From an uncultured Methanosarcinales archaeon (GTDB taxonomy: Archaea > Nanobdellota > Nanobdellia > Woesearchaeales > B54-G15): a DNA stretch of 55,691 nt. Both the position numbers and the translations under genes were made by a program. Where the stretch lies: NCBI GenBank assembly GCA_964519225.1, contig CAZFJK010000003.1, positions 5,061-60,751 of the forward strand. Reading direction: 5' to 3'. This document shows, piece by piece, positions 35,438 to 44,662 of this stretch (positions are counted from its first letter, which is position 1; every line of letters starts with the position of its first letter). The notes beneath the pieces are model-generated. The model saw only the letters and a list, made by a program, of their open reading frames with translations. It was not told the origin of the DNA and did no database searches.

Positions 35438-35848
35438 CTACAAAGTAATTCTATATATCTCATCAGAATATATAGCTCGGAGAGTGTCTATCCGGTCTCC
35501 CTGCTTTTCTAGCTCAAGTAAACACTGTGGAGATCCATGAAGATACCAAAAGGGATCTAGGCGGCAGCCAAGCCATTGGGTTGGGCTCGTAAGAATTTCA
35601 TACCTTATTTCATATACATCAGCTAACTCCAAAAATTTTAGTGTCAGAAGAAATTCATTACGCTCCCTTTCACTAAGCTTTCCAGAATCAAATTTTTTTG
35701 AAATTTCTATTAAGTCATGTACTGTGTATTCCCTGCTGGGAGTTTTTACACAAAACTTCCAATCTTCGTTTAAACTATAATCGTATCCCAACATTTTAAA
35801 TTTCCTAAATTCGAGTTCCTCTATTATCGTTCCTAGTTCTCGAGTCAC
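35438..35848 (-). CDS. Hypothetical cytoplasmic protein (136 aa, GTG start in the track)
   Basis: ORF track only. No motif recognised and no signal peptide. Confidence 0.45.
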   Translation of the reverse strand: MTRELGTIIEELEFRKFKMLGYDYSLNEDWKFCVKTPSREYTVHDLIEISKKFDSGKLSERERNEFLLTLKFLELADVYEIRYEILTSPTQWLGCRLDPFWYLHGSPQCLLELEKQGDRIDTLRAIYSDEIYRITL

Positions 35849-35963
35849 TAAGTTTATCTAGCCTTTCTTGTAGTCTGATTATACATCGGATTCTATCAAC
35901 CCTTTCCTTTTCTAGCTTTTCAATTTCTTCCTTATTCAGAAAATTAAAGTATAATTGTTTCAT
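35808..35963 (-). CDS. Possible 51-aa coiled-coil micro-ORF overlapping the start of the 136-aa gene
   Basis: My own translation from the ATG at 35963: MKQLYFNFLNKEEIEKLEKERVDRIRCIIRLQERLDKLSDSRTRNDNRGTRI*. Below the track's length cutoff. Coding status is uncertain. Confidence 0.25.
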
Positions 35964-36060
35964 ACAGGTTTTATAATTAAACCAGTATTAATCTTTTTCC
36001 ATTAAGTTTATGTGACCTCTTTGACAAAAATTTATAAACTTTTATTCTGTCCTTTTGAGG

Positions 36061-37077
36061 ATGGATGTTGATGCGAGACTGGAGCTTGTAAGGCGGAATG
36101 TTGTTGAAGTATTGACAGATGAAGAACTTCAAGAACTGCTGTTGAAAAAGCGAAAGCTTGTTGCTTATCATGGAACTGCACCGACAGGGCCGTATCATAT
36201 TGGTTATTTGATACCAATAGCGAAGCTGTTTGATTTTATGATGGCTGGCATAAAATGCAAGGTTTTAATAGCTGATATTCATGCAGCGCTTGATGACTTG
36301 AAAACTCCTTGGGAAAAAATAGCTGAGAGGAGTGAATATTATAAAAAATGCATAGAACTTGCGTTTCCATGGGAAGAAAAGCCTGTTTTTGTTTTTGGAA
36401 GTAGCTTTCAGCTTAAAAGCAGCTATGTTCTTGATGTTCTGAAGATTTCTACGCTTGCTACTGTAAAAAGGGCAATGAGGGCTGCAAGCGAGGTTACAAG
36501 GATGAAAAATCCTAAGGTAAGTGAATTGATTTATCCAATAATGCAAGCAATGGATGAGGTTGGCTTAGAAGCAGATATTCAGCTTGGTGGTATTGATCAG
36601 AGACATATATTTGCTTTTGCAAGAGAGTTTTTGCCGAAAATAGGTCATAAAGCAAGGGTTGAGGTGATGACGCCTTTGATTACATCATTGAAAGGTCCTG
36701 GAACAAAGATGAGTGCATCATTGCCTGGAACACATATAAAGATTTATGATAGTGAAGAACAGATTAGGAAAAAGCTAAGGGAAGCTTTTTGTCCCGAGGG
36801 CATAGTAGAGGACAATCCTGTTTTGGAAATATGCAAGCATATTGTTTTTACCTTTAGGAAAAAGTTAAAGGTTAAAAGGCCTGAGAAATTCGGCGGGGAT
36901 GTTGAATTTAAAAGCTATGAAGAGCTTGAAAGAGCTTTTTCACTGAAGCAGCTTCATCCGTTTGATTTGAAAATGGCTGTAGCTGATGAATTAATAAAAC
37001 TTTTTTCAAAAGCAAGAAAATACTTTGAGAAACGGCGTGATTGGCTTAAAGAACTTGGAGATGAATTTTTACCATGA
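36061..37077 (+). CDS. tyrS: Tyrosyl-tRNA synthetase (archaeal type)
   Basis: Class I HIGH motif (GPYHIGYL), GGIDQR, and a KMSKS-like KMSAS. The ~338 aa length fits archaeal TyrRS. The ATG at 36061 is preferred over the track's TTG at 36055. Confidence 0.8.
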   Translation: MDVDARLELVRRNVVEVLTDEELQELLLKKRKLVAYHGTAPTGPYHIGYLIPIAKLFDFMMAGIKCKVLIADIHAALDDLKTPWEKIAERSEYYKKCIELAFPWEEKPVFVFGSSFQLKSSYVLDVLKISTLATVKRAMRAASEVTRMKNPKVSELIYPIMQAMDEVGLEADIQLGGIDQRHIFAFAREFLPKIGHKARVEVMTPLITSLKGPGTKMSASLPGTHIKIYDSEEQIRKKLREAFCPEGIVEDNPVLEICKHIVFTFRKKLKVKRPEKFGGDVEFKSYEELERAFSLKQLHPFDLKMAVADELIKLFSKARKYFEKRRDWLKELGDEFLP

Positions 37078-38132
37078 AACTGAAAGAATTTCAAACAATC
37101 GTTTCGGAAAAAGCAGATGCTGCTATTCTTTTAAATCCAGATAGCAATGTTAGTTATTTTTGTGAAAACGAGATTTATGGTTTTGGTTGCTTGGTTGTTC
37201 CTGCAAAGAAAAATCCTTTTTTGATAACGAGTTTGCTTGATTATGAACAAGCAAAAGAAAAGGTTAAGCTTGAGGTAATAAGCTTTAGGGAGAAAAAGAG
37301 ATTTTTGAATTTTTTAACTGATCTGTTCAGGAAGAGGGGTATAAAATACAGAAGGATCGCTGTGAATAAAAAGGCATTGAGCTGTGCTATGTTTGAGAAT
37401 TTGAAGAAAGCACTAAAGGCGAAATTTGTTGATGTAAGTGATGACTTAAAGGAACTTAGGGAAGTGAAAACAAGAAAAGAAATCGAATTGATTGAAAAAG
37501 CTTGTAGGATAGGTGATAAGGTTTTGAGTAAAGTGTTTGATCTTTTTCATAAGTTTAGAACAGAAAGCGATGTTGAAGCAGAGCTATTTTATCATGCGAA
37601 AAAATATTTTGCTGATAGAAGTTTTAAGGCAATTATTGCGAGCGGAAGGAATGCAAGTATGCCACACCATATGACAAGGAATAAACAACTGCAAAAAGGA
37701 TTTTGCATTATAGATTTTGGAGTCAGGTATAAAGGATATTGCAGTGATATGACAAGAACTGTTTTCATTGGAAAACCAAAGAAAAAAGAAAGGGAATTGT
37801 ACAAGTTTGTTCTAAGGGCACAGACAGGCGCGATAAAAAACATTAAGGCGGGGATGGAATGTAAAGAATTGCATCAATTTGCTGTTGGGATGTTGGGCAG
37901 GTATGGAAAATATTTTATCCATGGACTTGGCCATGGAATCGGTGTTGATATTCATGAAAGTCCGAGTATAAGTCCTTTTTCTAATGATTGTTTTAAAGAA
38001 GGAATGGTCTTTACGATAGAGCCAGGGATATATGTTCCGCACAAGTATGGTATAAGGATAGAGGATGTTGTTCTGCTTGAAAAGAGGCTGAGAGTTTTGA
38101 CGAGGAGCAAGAAGGAGTTGATATGTTTTTAA
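37074..38132 (+). CDS. M24-family Xaa-Pro peptidase
   Basis: IDFGVRYKGYCSDMTRT, HGLGHGIGVDIHESP, IEPGIY, IRIEDVV: the metal ligand set of M24B prolidases. ATGA overlap with tyrS. Confidence 0.85.
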   Translation: MKLKEFQTIVSEKADAAILLNPDSNVSYFCENEIYGFGCLVVPAKKNPFLITSLLDYEQAKEKVKLEVISFREKKRFLNFLTDLFRKRGIKYRRIAVNKKALSCAMFENLKKALKAKFVDVSDDLKELREVKTRKEIELIEKACRIGDKVLSKVFDLFHKFRTESDVEAELFYHAKKYFADRSFKAIIASGRNASMPHHMTRNKQLQKGFCIIDFGVRYKGYCSDMTRTVFIGKPKKKERELYKFVLRAQTGAIKNIKAGMECKELHQFAVGMLGRYGKYFIHGLGHGIGVDIHESPSISPFSNDCFKEGMVFTIEPGIYVPHKYGIRIEDVVLLEKRLRVLTRSKKELICF

Positions 38133-39200
38133 TTAAATCAAGAACTTTCCATCGCGCTGAATGCATTTTCCGTCGATATAGATTGCACCGCCTTTTCTCA
38201 AATCAAGGATCATATCCCAGTGTATGGCTGATTCATTTCGGCCGCCGCCTTCTTTATAAGCCATTCCCAGGGCAAGATGGATCGTCCCGCCAATTTTTTC
38301 ATCTAAAAGGATTTCTTTTGTAAAGCGATTTATGTTATAATTCATTCCAATACCGAATTCACCGAGCCTTTTTGCACCGGGATCAACACGGAGCATTTCT
38401 TTTAGATATGCTTCGCCCTTTTCTGCACTTGCTTTGATGACGCGGCCTTTTTTGAAATGAAGCTCTACTCCTTCAACTATTCTACCTTGTCTGATTGCCG
38501 GGTATGTAAATCGAATCTTTCCTTCTGTTGTTGTTTCAACAGGCGCTATGAAAACTTCACCATCAGGCATGTTGCGATGACCGTCACATTTTATTGCTTC
38601 CCTTCCTTTGATACTGAATCTGATGTCTGTTCCTTCAGCAACAATCCTGACTTCTTTTCCTTTGTCAAGAACTGCTTTTAGTTTGTCTTGCTTTTTGCTC
38701 ATACGTTGCCAGTCAATGTTTGTTGCTCTGAATATGAAATCATAGTATTCTTCATAGCTCATATCTGCTTCTTGTGCAAGAGCAGGCGTTGGGAATATTG
38801 TTAAGACCCAATTATCTTTTTTAAGATGTATTTTATGCACTGGATATGTTACTTTATTGCGCAGGGCTATTTTCCAGTTTGGTATGTTTGTGAGCTCTCT
38901 TGTATTTATATCGGCTATTATGCTTATGCTTCCAGCAACTTTTTGTGCTTCGTACAAAGCAATAATTGGTTTTTTTTCAAGCTGTTTTTTAGTTGCTAGT
39001 TTATAATAAGTATATGTAAATCCAGGAACGGATGCATGGGTTATTGCTGTGGCGCCTTTTTTAAGAATTTGTTTAAAGCATTCCAAAGCAAGTTCTTTTG
39101 CCTGAATGCCAAAGTTTAAATCTATGATGTCGCCCTTTTTTATTTTTATTGAATATGAAGTAAGTATCGATGCAAGTTTTTTTATTCTTGGATCAACCAT
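38133..39200 (-). CDS. M29-family aminopeptidase (AmpS/PepS-like)
   Basis: 355 aa. ...NMPDGEVFIAPVE...GTIHLALG...ESAIHWDMI pattern of thermophilic metalloaminopeptidases. Confidence 0.75.
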   Translation of the reverse strand: MVDPRIKKLASILTSYSIKIKKGDIIDLNFGIQAKELALECFKQILKKGATAITHASVPGFTYTYYKLATKKQLEKKPIIALYEAQKVAGSISIIADINTRELTNIPNWKIALRNKVTYPVHKIHLKKDNWVLTIFPTPALAQEADMSYEEYYDFIFRATNIDWQRMSKKQDKLKAVLDKGKEVRIVAEGTDIRFSIKGREAIKCDGHRNMPDGEVFIAPVETTTEGKIRFTYPAIRQGRIVEGVELHFKKGRVIKASAEKGEAYLKEMLRVDPGAKRLGEFGIGMNYNINRFTKEILLDEKIGGTIHLALGMAYKEGGGRNESAIHWDMILDLRKGGAIYIDGKCIQRDGKFLI

Positions 39201-39254
39201 TTTGGTTTTAGAAATGAGAAAATATTTTTAAACTTTCTGGAAATTAAAACAGAT

Positions 39255-40367
39255 ATGGTTGATACTGATATTGATACTGATAGGCTTTTGGGTGTTTTTG
39301 AAGAGAATAGGTTTCTTAAGGCAGAAGTAATGAGGTTAAGAAGAGAACTGGAACGCTTTCAAAAACCGCCCCTTGTTATTGCCGAAGTTAAAGAAGTCTT
39401 TGATGATAAAAAAGTGGTTGTTAAGATTCCAAATGGAAGTGAATTTTTGGTTGAAGTTTCTAAGAGCTGTGGCACCTTGACGCCTGGCGATTTTGTTGCA
39501 CTCGAACAGAAAAACCTTATTGTTGTTAGAAAACTTGGGCAGATTAGTAAATTTGCTGTCGAGAGGTTTGTTATTATTGAGAAACCAAAGGTTGGATGGT
39601 GTGATGTTGGTGGTTTGAACGAGCAGATAAAAGAAATTAGGGAAGTTGTTGAGTTGCCTTTGAAAAATCCAAAACTGTTTAGAAAAATTGGAATAACTCC
39701 CCCAAAAGGAATATTACTTTATGGTCCTCCTGGAACTGGAAAGACGCTTCTGGCAAAAAGTATAGCGTCGTCAACAAAGGCGGTGTTTATAGAGATTGTT
39801 GCAAGCGAGCTTGTTCAAAAATTTATTGGAGAGGGTGCAAAACTTGTAAAGGAAATATTCTCTTTAGCGAGGGAGAAGGCACCAGCAATTATATTCATAG
39901 ACGAGCTTGATGCAATAGCAGCACAGAGGGTAGAACTCGGAACAAGCGGTGAAAGGGAAGTGAATAGGACATTTATGCAATTGCTTGCTGAGATTGACGG
40001 CTTTGACCCTTTGGGCGATGTTAAGATAATCGGCGCAACAAACAGGGCAGACATTCTTGATCCTGCTATTTTGAGGCCTGGACGGCTCGATAGGCTGATA
40101 CATGTTCCTCTGCCTGATGGAAAAGGAAGGGCAGACATATTTAAAATACATACACGGAAAATGCCATTAAGAGAAGTTGATTTGAATGCGCTTGCTAAAT
40201 TAACAGAAGGATTTAGCGGTGCAGATATTAAGGCTGTATGCACAGAAGCAGGGTATTTTGCAATTAGAAGAAAAAGGAACTATGTTTCGATGGATGATTT
40301 TCTTAAAGCGATTAAAAAGGTAAGGAGAGAGGAATCGAGTGAAGGTTATAAAGAAATGTTTGGCTAG
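39255..40367 (+). CDS. pan: Proteasome-activating nucleotidase (PAN, AAA+ ATPase)
   Basis: N-terminal coiled coil, OB region, Walker A GPPGTGKT, Walker B IIFIDELD, second region of homology ATNRADILDPAILRPGRLDR. Confidence 0.9.
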   Translation: MVDTDIDTDRLLGVFEENRFLKAEVMRLRRELERFQKPPLVIAEVKEVFDDKKVVVKIPNGSEFLVEVSKSCGTLTPGDFVALEQKNLIVVRKLGQISKFAVERFVIIEKPKVGWCDVGGLNEQIKEIREVVELPLKNPKLFRKIGITPPKGILLYGPPGTGKTLLAKSIASSTKAVFIEIVASELVQKFIGEGAKLVKEIFSLAREKAPAIIFIDELDAIAAQRVELGTSGEREVNRTFMQLLAEIDGFDPLGDVKIIGATNRADILDPAILRPGRLDRLIHVPLPDGKGRADIFKIHTRKMPLREVDLNALAKLTEGFSGADIKAVCTEAGYFAIRRKRNYVSMDDFLKAIKKVRREESSEGYKEMFG

Positions 40368-41191
40368 TAAACTTTGAAATCAATGCAGATTCTATATGTT
40401 CTTGGAGCTATCTGACCACATTTAATAAGTCGAAGGATTTTGCATTTTTTCCTTGCTTTTTTGCACGCTGTTAGAACTTTTTCTTTTGCTATTTCAAAGC
40501 CAGTTATGTCTTTAAAGTCGTAGAAATGAATTATTCCTCCTTTCTTGATGGCTGATAATGCTGTATCGAGGAAGTTTTCTCCTCCTAATGGGAGGGGCAT
40601 TACGATTCTGTCAAATTTTTTCTTTAACAGCGGAACGACTATTCTTACATCACCTAGGTAAAGACGGATCTTTTCTTCGAGTTTGTTTAGCTTAATGTTT
40701 TCTTCTGCAAAGCGGTGCGCTATTGGATTCATCTCTATGCCGTAGACAATCTTAGGTGAGGAATTTTTTGCAATAACCAAACAATAAGGAGCTACACCAC
40801 TGAACATAACAAGCACTGTCTCATTTTGTTTAACCTGTTTTGCTATACGCAATCTTTCTGTGCTGAGTCTTGGTGAAAAGTAAACCTTCTCTAGATGGAG
40901 CTTAATGAGCACTTTGTTTTCGCGATGGATGGTTGTTTTTCTTCTTTCTCCCGCGATTATTTTCAGTTTTTGTCTTCTGTATATGCCTCTATGGATTCCA
41001 ATCTTTTTACAAACAACACGAATGTGTTTGTTTATCTTCATTATTGTTTCTGCAATAAGTTTTTCCTTTTGTTTAAGCAGAGAGGGTACTTCAATTATTG
41101 CAATGTCACCGATAACGTCATAAGAAGTGACTAATGCCGCGAGTTCTTTTTTTGTAAGCTTGTTTTTCAGAGCTTGTTTTAAAGTTGTCAT
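40364..41191 (-). CDS. trm5: tRNA (guanine37-N1)-methyltransferase Trm5-like (Met-10+ family)
   Basis: SYDVIGDIAIIEVP, FSPRLSTERLRI, SAM-binding VLVMFSGVAPY, RIVMPLP catalytic loop. Confidence 0.8.
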   Translation of the reverse strand: MTTLKQALKNKLTKKELAALVTSYDVIGDIAIIEVPSLLKQKEKLIAETIMKINKHIRVVCKKIGIHRGIYRRQKLKIIAGERRKTTIHRENKVLIKLHLEKVYFSPRLSTERLRIAKQVKQNETVLVMFSGVAPYCLVIAKNSSPKIVYGIEMNPIAHRFAEENIKLNKLEEKIRLYLGDVRIVVPLLKKKFDRIVMPLPLGGENFLDTALSAIKKGGIIHFYDFKDITGFEIAKEKVLTACKKARKKCKILRLIKCGQIAPRTYRICIDFKVY

Positions 41192-41194
41192 TTT

Positions 41195-42073
41195 TTATGT
41201 TAGCATAAGGATGATTCCTGCTACCATTATTAGGCATGCAATTGTTTTTTGTATTAAATGCTTTTCGTGGAAAAACTTTCCTCCAGCTATTGTTGTGATG
41301 ACCGCACTAAATCTTTTTATTGTTATGACATAGCTCAGGTATGCTGTAGATAAAGCAAAGAAGTATGCAAGGTTTGATAAGTTTGCAAATATGCTTGCCA
41401 TGCAGATATTTCCGCCACATTTTTTAATGCCTTTGATGATTCCCTTTAATCCGTCGTATAAAATCGAGTGAATTAAAAGTAGGTTTGCTGTTGTAAAGAT
41501 ATATATTAAAAGGAGGAGTGTTATAGGGGTTAGTTGGCTTATTGCATGTTTTTCACCAGCGTTCTTTATTGCCGCTACGCTAAATGCAAGTATTAGATAT
41601 GAAACATATTTTGATTTGAATAGTCTTTTGATTGGTCGCGTTAAATGCTTTAGATGATGATCCAATTCTAGAATGTATGCACCGACGAGAATGATGAATA
41701 TACCTAAGAAGTGCTTTGGTGTTAATTTTTCGTTAAGAAAAGCAAGGGCAGCAAAGACAGTAAACAGCGGTTGAAGATTATGTAACGGAATTACTGTTGA
41801 TATCTCCATGTGACGAAGCGCTTTTGATGTGAATATGTTCTGTATTGCTACGCCAAGGGATAGAAGATAAACAAAGAGGTATGTTCTTATTGGGAGATGA
41901 AGATTTAGGTTTAGGAAAGGGATTAGGCAAAGCAAAAAGAGAATTTGGAATATTTTGAAAACGACTGAGAACTCAGTTGCATGTTCTTTAAAGAGGGCTT
42001 TTTTCTTGTATATCGTTGCTATCGAACCGAATACAGCTGAAAGCAATATGAAGATGAGCCAACCTATAGCCAT
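41195..42073 (-). CDS. EamA/DMT-superfamily transporter
   Basis: 292 aa with about 10 TM helices as two internal 5-TM halves. Confidence 0.65.
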   Translation of the reverse strand: MAIGWLIFILLSAVFGSIATIYKKKALFKEHATEFSVVFKIFQILFLLCLIPFLNLNLHLPIRTYLFVYLLSLGVAIQNIFTSKALRHMEISTVIPLHNLQPLFTVFAALAFLNEKLTPKHFLGIFIILVGAYILELDHHLKHLTRPIKRLFKSKYVSYLILAFSVAAIKNAGEKHAISQLTPITLLLLIYIFTTANLLLIHSILYDGLKGIIKGIKKCGGNICMASIFANLSNLAYFFALSTAYLSYVITIKRFSAVITTIAGGKFFHEKHLIQKTIACLIMVAGIILMLT

Positions 42074-43077
42074 TTTTGCAATCCTTTTTGTTCCTTTACT
42101 ACTTTTTCAATTATGTATTTAACCCTTTCTTCTGAGAAGTCGTATTCTTCGATGAGGATTTTTTCTATAGCTTTTCTATCAGGTTCTTTAAAAGTTATTT
42201 TGTAGTATTTTTCAATAGGCATTAGTTTGAATATGTCGAATATTTCACCCCAATCGACAGGATTAACAGAAGACCATTTAACGTGAGCAAACAATGCTTT
42301 AAAATCATTTTTAAATCGCTTAACAAGTTCGAGTGCGCGCTTTGGACCAATGCCGTGAATGCCGCCTGGGTTATAGTCTGTGCCTATCAGAATGCCGAGA
42401 GCAATAAGTTGGTCGTGGTTTATTCCGAGATGCTGTAAAGCTTCTGAAAGAATTATGAGTTCTGGTTTTATTGTTACCTGTTTTCCGTGAAGGGTTTTCT
42501 TACCGTAAATCGATATGTTCTTCACCATCCTCGGTGCGCCAAAGAGCAGGGCGTCATAATCGTTTGTTGAAACAGCGAACGCGTCTTTCTGTTTAACGAG
42601 ATATGCTGCTTGAGCATCTGCTTCTTGCGGGGCCTGAATAATCGGCAATCCGAAGGCTGAGATGAGTTTTTTTGCAGATGTTATAATCTCATTAGTTAGT
42701 GTTGTTGTTCGCATTGCATATTTCCTTGCTTCTTCAAGTTCGCCTTTTTCAAGCGCTTCGCGGTATTGTTTTAGTGCTTCTTCTTTGATGGCAGTTCTTC
42801 TTTCTTTTTCAGCGAGCTTTAGTTCAGGCGGTTTTCCGTCAAAGCAGAAAATGAGCTTTATGTTGGCTTCGAGAAGATTTGCTATGCGAGATGAAAGTCC
42901 GATTAAATGGGATGTTACTCTTCTTTTTTTATCGCAGAAGAGGGTTCCATCGGGTGCCCTGATTGATGCAAGAAACTGGTGAATCCACATTGATGCATCG
43001 ACAGCAAGAATTTTTCCTGCCAATTCACTGATTGATATCTCTCTGCCATTTATCAACGAGCCCAAGTTTATTCCCAT
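42064..43077 (-). CDS. fen: Flap endonuclease 1
   Basis: MGINLGSLI...LAVDASMWIHQF, FCFDGKPPELK, APQEADAQAAYL, GTDYNPGGIHGIGPKRA (H3TH). Confidence 0.93.
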   Translation of the reverse strand: MGINLGSLINGREISISELAGKILAVDASMWIHQFLASIRAPDGTLFCDKKRRVTSHLIGLSSRIANLLEANIKLIFCFDGKPPELKLAEKERRTAIKEEALKQYREALEKGELEEARKYAMRTTTLTNEIITSAKKLISAFGLPIIQAPQEADAQAAYLVKQKDAFAVSTNDYDALLFGAPRMVKNISIYGKKTLHGKQVTIKPELIILSEALQHLGINHDQLIALGILIGTDYNPGGIHGIGPKRALELVKRFKNDFKALFAHVKWSSVNPVDWGEIFDIFKLMPIEKYYKITFKEPDRKAIEKILIEEYDFSEERVKYIIEKVVKEQKGLQKWL

Positions 43078-43906
43078 TGATTTTCACCAGTTTAACATTG
43101 AGTTCTTTTATCTTTTCAAGTGCTTTTTTTGATGGATTTCCATTTGTGATTAGGATGCAAAGGTTTTCCTTGTTCTGATTTGATTTAACGAACAGACTTA
43201 AGATGTCGTTTTCGCTGATTTTTGATTTGTTCTTTGCGACAGCAAATGCCTGAACATGACCGAGTGGCGTTGGTATGTGCAGTGTTAATTCAAATTCTTT
43301 TGCTTTTTTTATCTCTTTTGATTTAAGGATTTTTATTTCGGCACTCGCTAATGCATTTCTTACTTTTTCAATGAAATTTTTGTCATACGCTGGTTTTGGT
43401 CGAGGCCTTTTGATTTTCTGATCTTCTTTTAGTTGTTGAGGCTGGGGCCTGGGTTCTGGTTTCGGGGAAAGTATTTTACGGATCATTTCCTTTGCTTGCT
43501 CTACTGGGAGCAGATGCCATCGCCAGAAAAGGATTTGTTTGTTTTCTGTATTTACAGAGAGAGGTTTAGCAAAATCTTTGAGATTTCTTATGCTTACCCT
43601 CTGCAGAGGAGTTAGCTCATCATCTCGGAGTACTTTTTTTTCTTTCAGAAGCGAGAGTGTTTCTCTGTCTTTTGGGTTAAGGTTTTCAACAATAAAGGAT
43701 TCGAGTTTTTGCTCTTGTCCAGGAAGATAATAGAGGACGCTTCCACCGATTCTTGCATAGGTGGATTTTATTAAGCCGCGTCTTACCATTTCAGAAAGAT
43801 GGGCGGCAGTTATGATAAGGTCCTTTCCAATTACTTTGGCTATGTCGACCGGAAGAACAGGTCCTTTCAGCCGGATTGTTTTGATAATCAACTCATCACT
43901 GATCAT
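43025..43906 (-). CDS. Hypothetical protein: winged-helix N-terminus, P/Q/K-rich linker, small alpha/beta C-terminal domain
   Basis: 293 aa. The N-terminus GPVLPVDIAKVIGKDLIITAAHLSEMVRRGLIKS looks like a wHTH. Linker PKPEPRPQPQQLKEDQKIKRPRPKP. Its 3' end overlaps the fen start by 53 nt. Confidence 0.55.
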   Translation of the reverse strand: MISDELIIKTIRLKGPVLPVDIAKVIGKDLIITAAHLSEMVRRGLIKSTYARIGGSVLYYLPGQEQKLESFIVENLNPKDRETLSLLKEKKVLRDDELTPLQRVSIRNLKDFAKPLSVNTENKQILFWRWHLLPVEQAKEMIRKILSPKPEPRPQPQQLKEDQKIKRPRPKPAYDKNFIEKVRNALASAEIKILKSKEIKKAKEFELTLHIPTPLGHVQAFAVAKNKSKISENDILSLFVKSNQNKENLCILITNGNPSKKALEKIKELNVKLVKINGNKLGLVDKWQRDINQ

Positions 43907-43939
43907 CTGTTTAGAATTTTCATCTGATTTAATAAATTT

Positions 43940-44464
43940 TTATGGTCTTATCCATCTACATTCCCAGTAGCTTACGTCGCCTTCGTCATCAACAACAGCT
44001 ATGAGCAAGCGCTTTTTTGTGCTGTGAGCGACCCTGTTTTTTGCTGCGAATTCGTGCCAAGTTAGGGTTTCTCCTTCGTGCACTGCAAAAACAATCCATT
44101 TTGCGTGGGCTTCTCCTGGTTTGATGCCCCTGTCATAGACTCGAAAGTCTGCACCGAATTTTAATGCTGTTTTCACAATATAGCCCCGAGTCCTTAGATC
44201 TTTGAAGACGCAATATCTTATCCAGAATCGCGGTTCGAGACGCTTTGCTTTTCTAATAAACTGTTCGAAAGTAAGTTCTTTGTTGCGTAGGTCGTAAAGC
44301 TTTATTTTTCCTCTTTCGAGGAGGAAGGCAGCTTCAAGCAATGAAAGCTGTAGTTTGTTATCTTGTAGGAGGGAGCCGAAGCAACTTTTTTCGAACAGCG
44401 CCTTTGCTTGAGGAGAATCTTCTGTTATAACTTGGTGTTTTGTGAGCGTTGCTTTGATTTGCAT
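43940..44464 (-). CDS. endA: tRNA-splicing endonuclease EndA (short, homotetramer-type)
   Basis: 174 aa. LLEAAFLLERGKIKL, YCVFKDLRTRGYIVKTALKFGADFRVY, HAKWIVFAV. Confidence 0.88.
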   Translation of the reverse strand: MQIKATLTKHQVITEDSPQAKALFEKSCFGSLLQDNKLQLSLLEAAFLLERGKIKLYDLRNKELTFEQFIRKAKRLEPRFWIRYCVFKDLRTRGYIVKTALKFGADFRVYDRGIKPGEAHAKWIVFAVHEGETLTWHEFAAKNRVAHSTKKRLLIAVVDDEGDVSYWECRWIRP

Positions 44465-44662
44465 ATAGGATTAAGAATGTTTTATGTTTTTAAGCTTTAC
44501 TTTTTAAAATAACAGGATTTTCATTCCGAAAAACTTGTAGATTTTTTGGAATTAGATTCCTGTAGGAATTCTTCATTGGTTGGAGATTGTTCCTCTGCGC
44601 TTAGTGCTTAGGCTTGAGACTACGAAATATTTTTAAATCGTGAGCAGAAGCGAAAGAAGAGG

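Noticed and set aside
39815-40243. 142-aa and 95-aa minus-strand ORFs inside pan
   Set aside because: They lie antisense to a strongly conserved AAA+ domain and have no independent signals.
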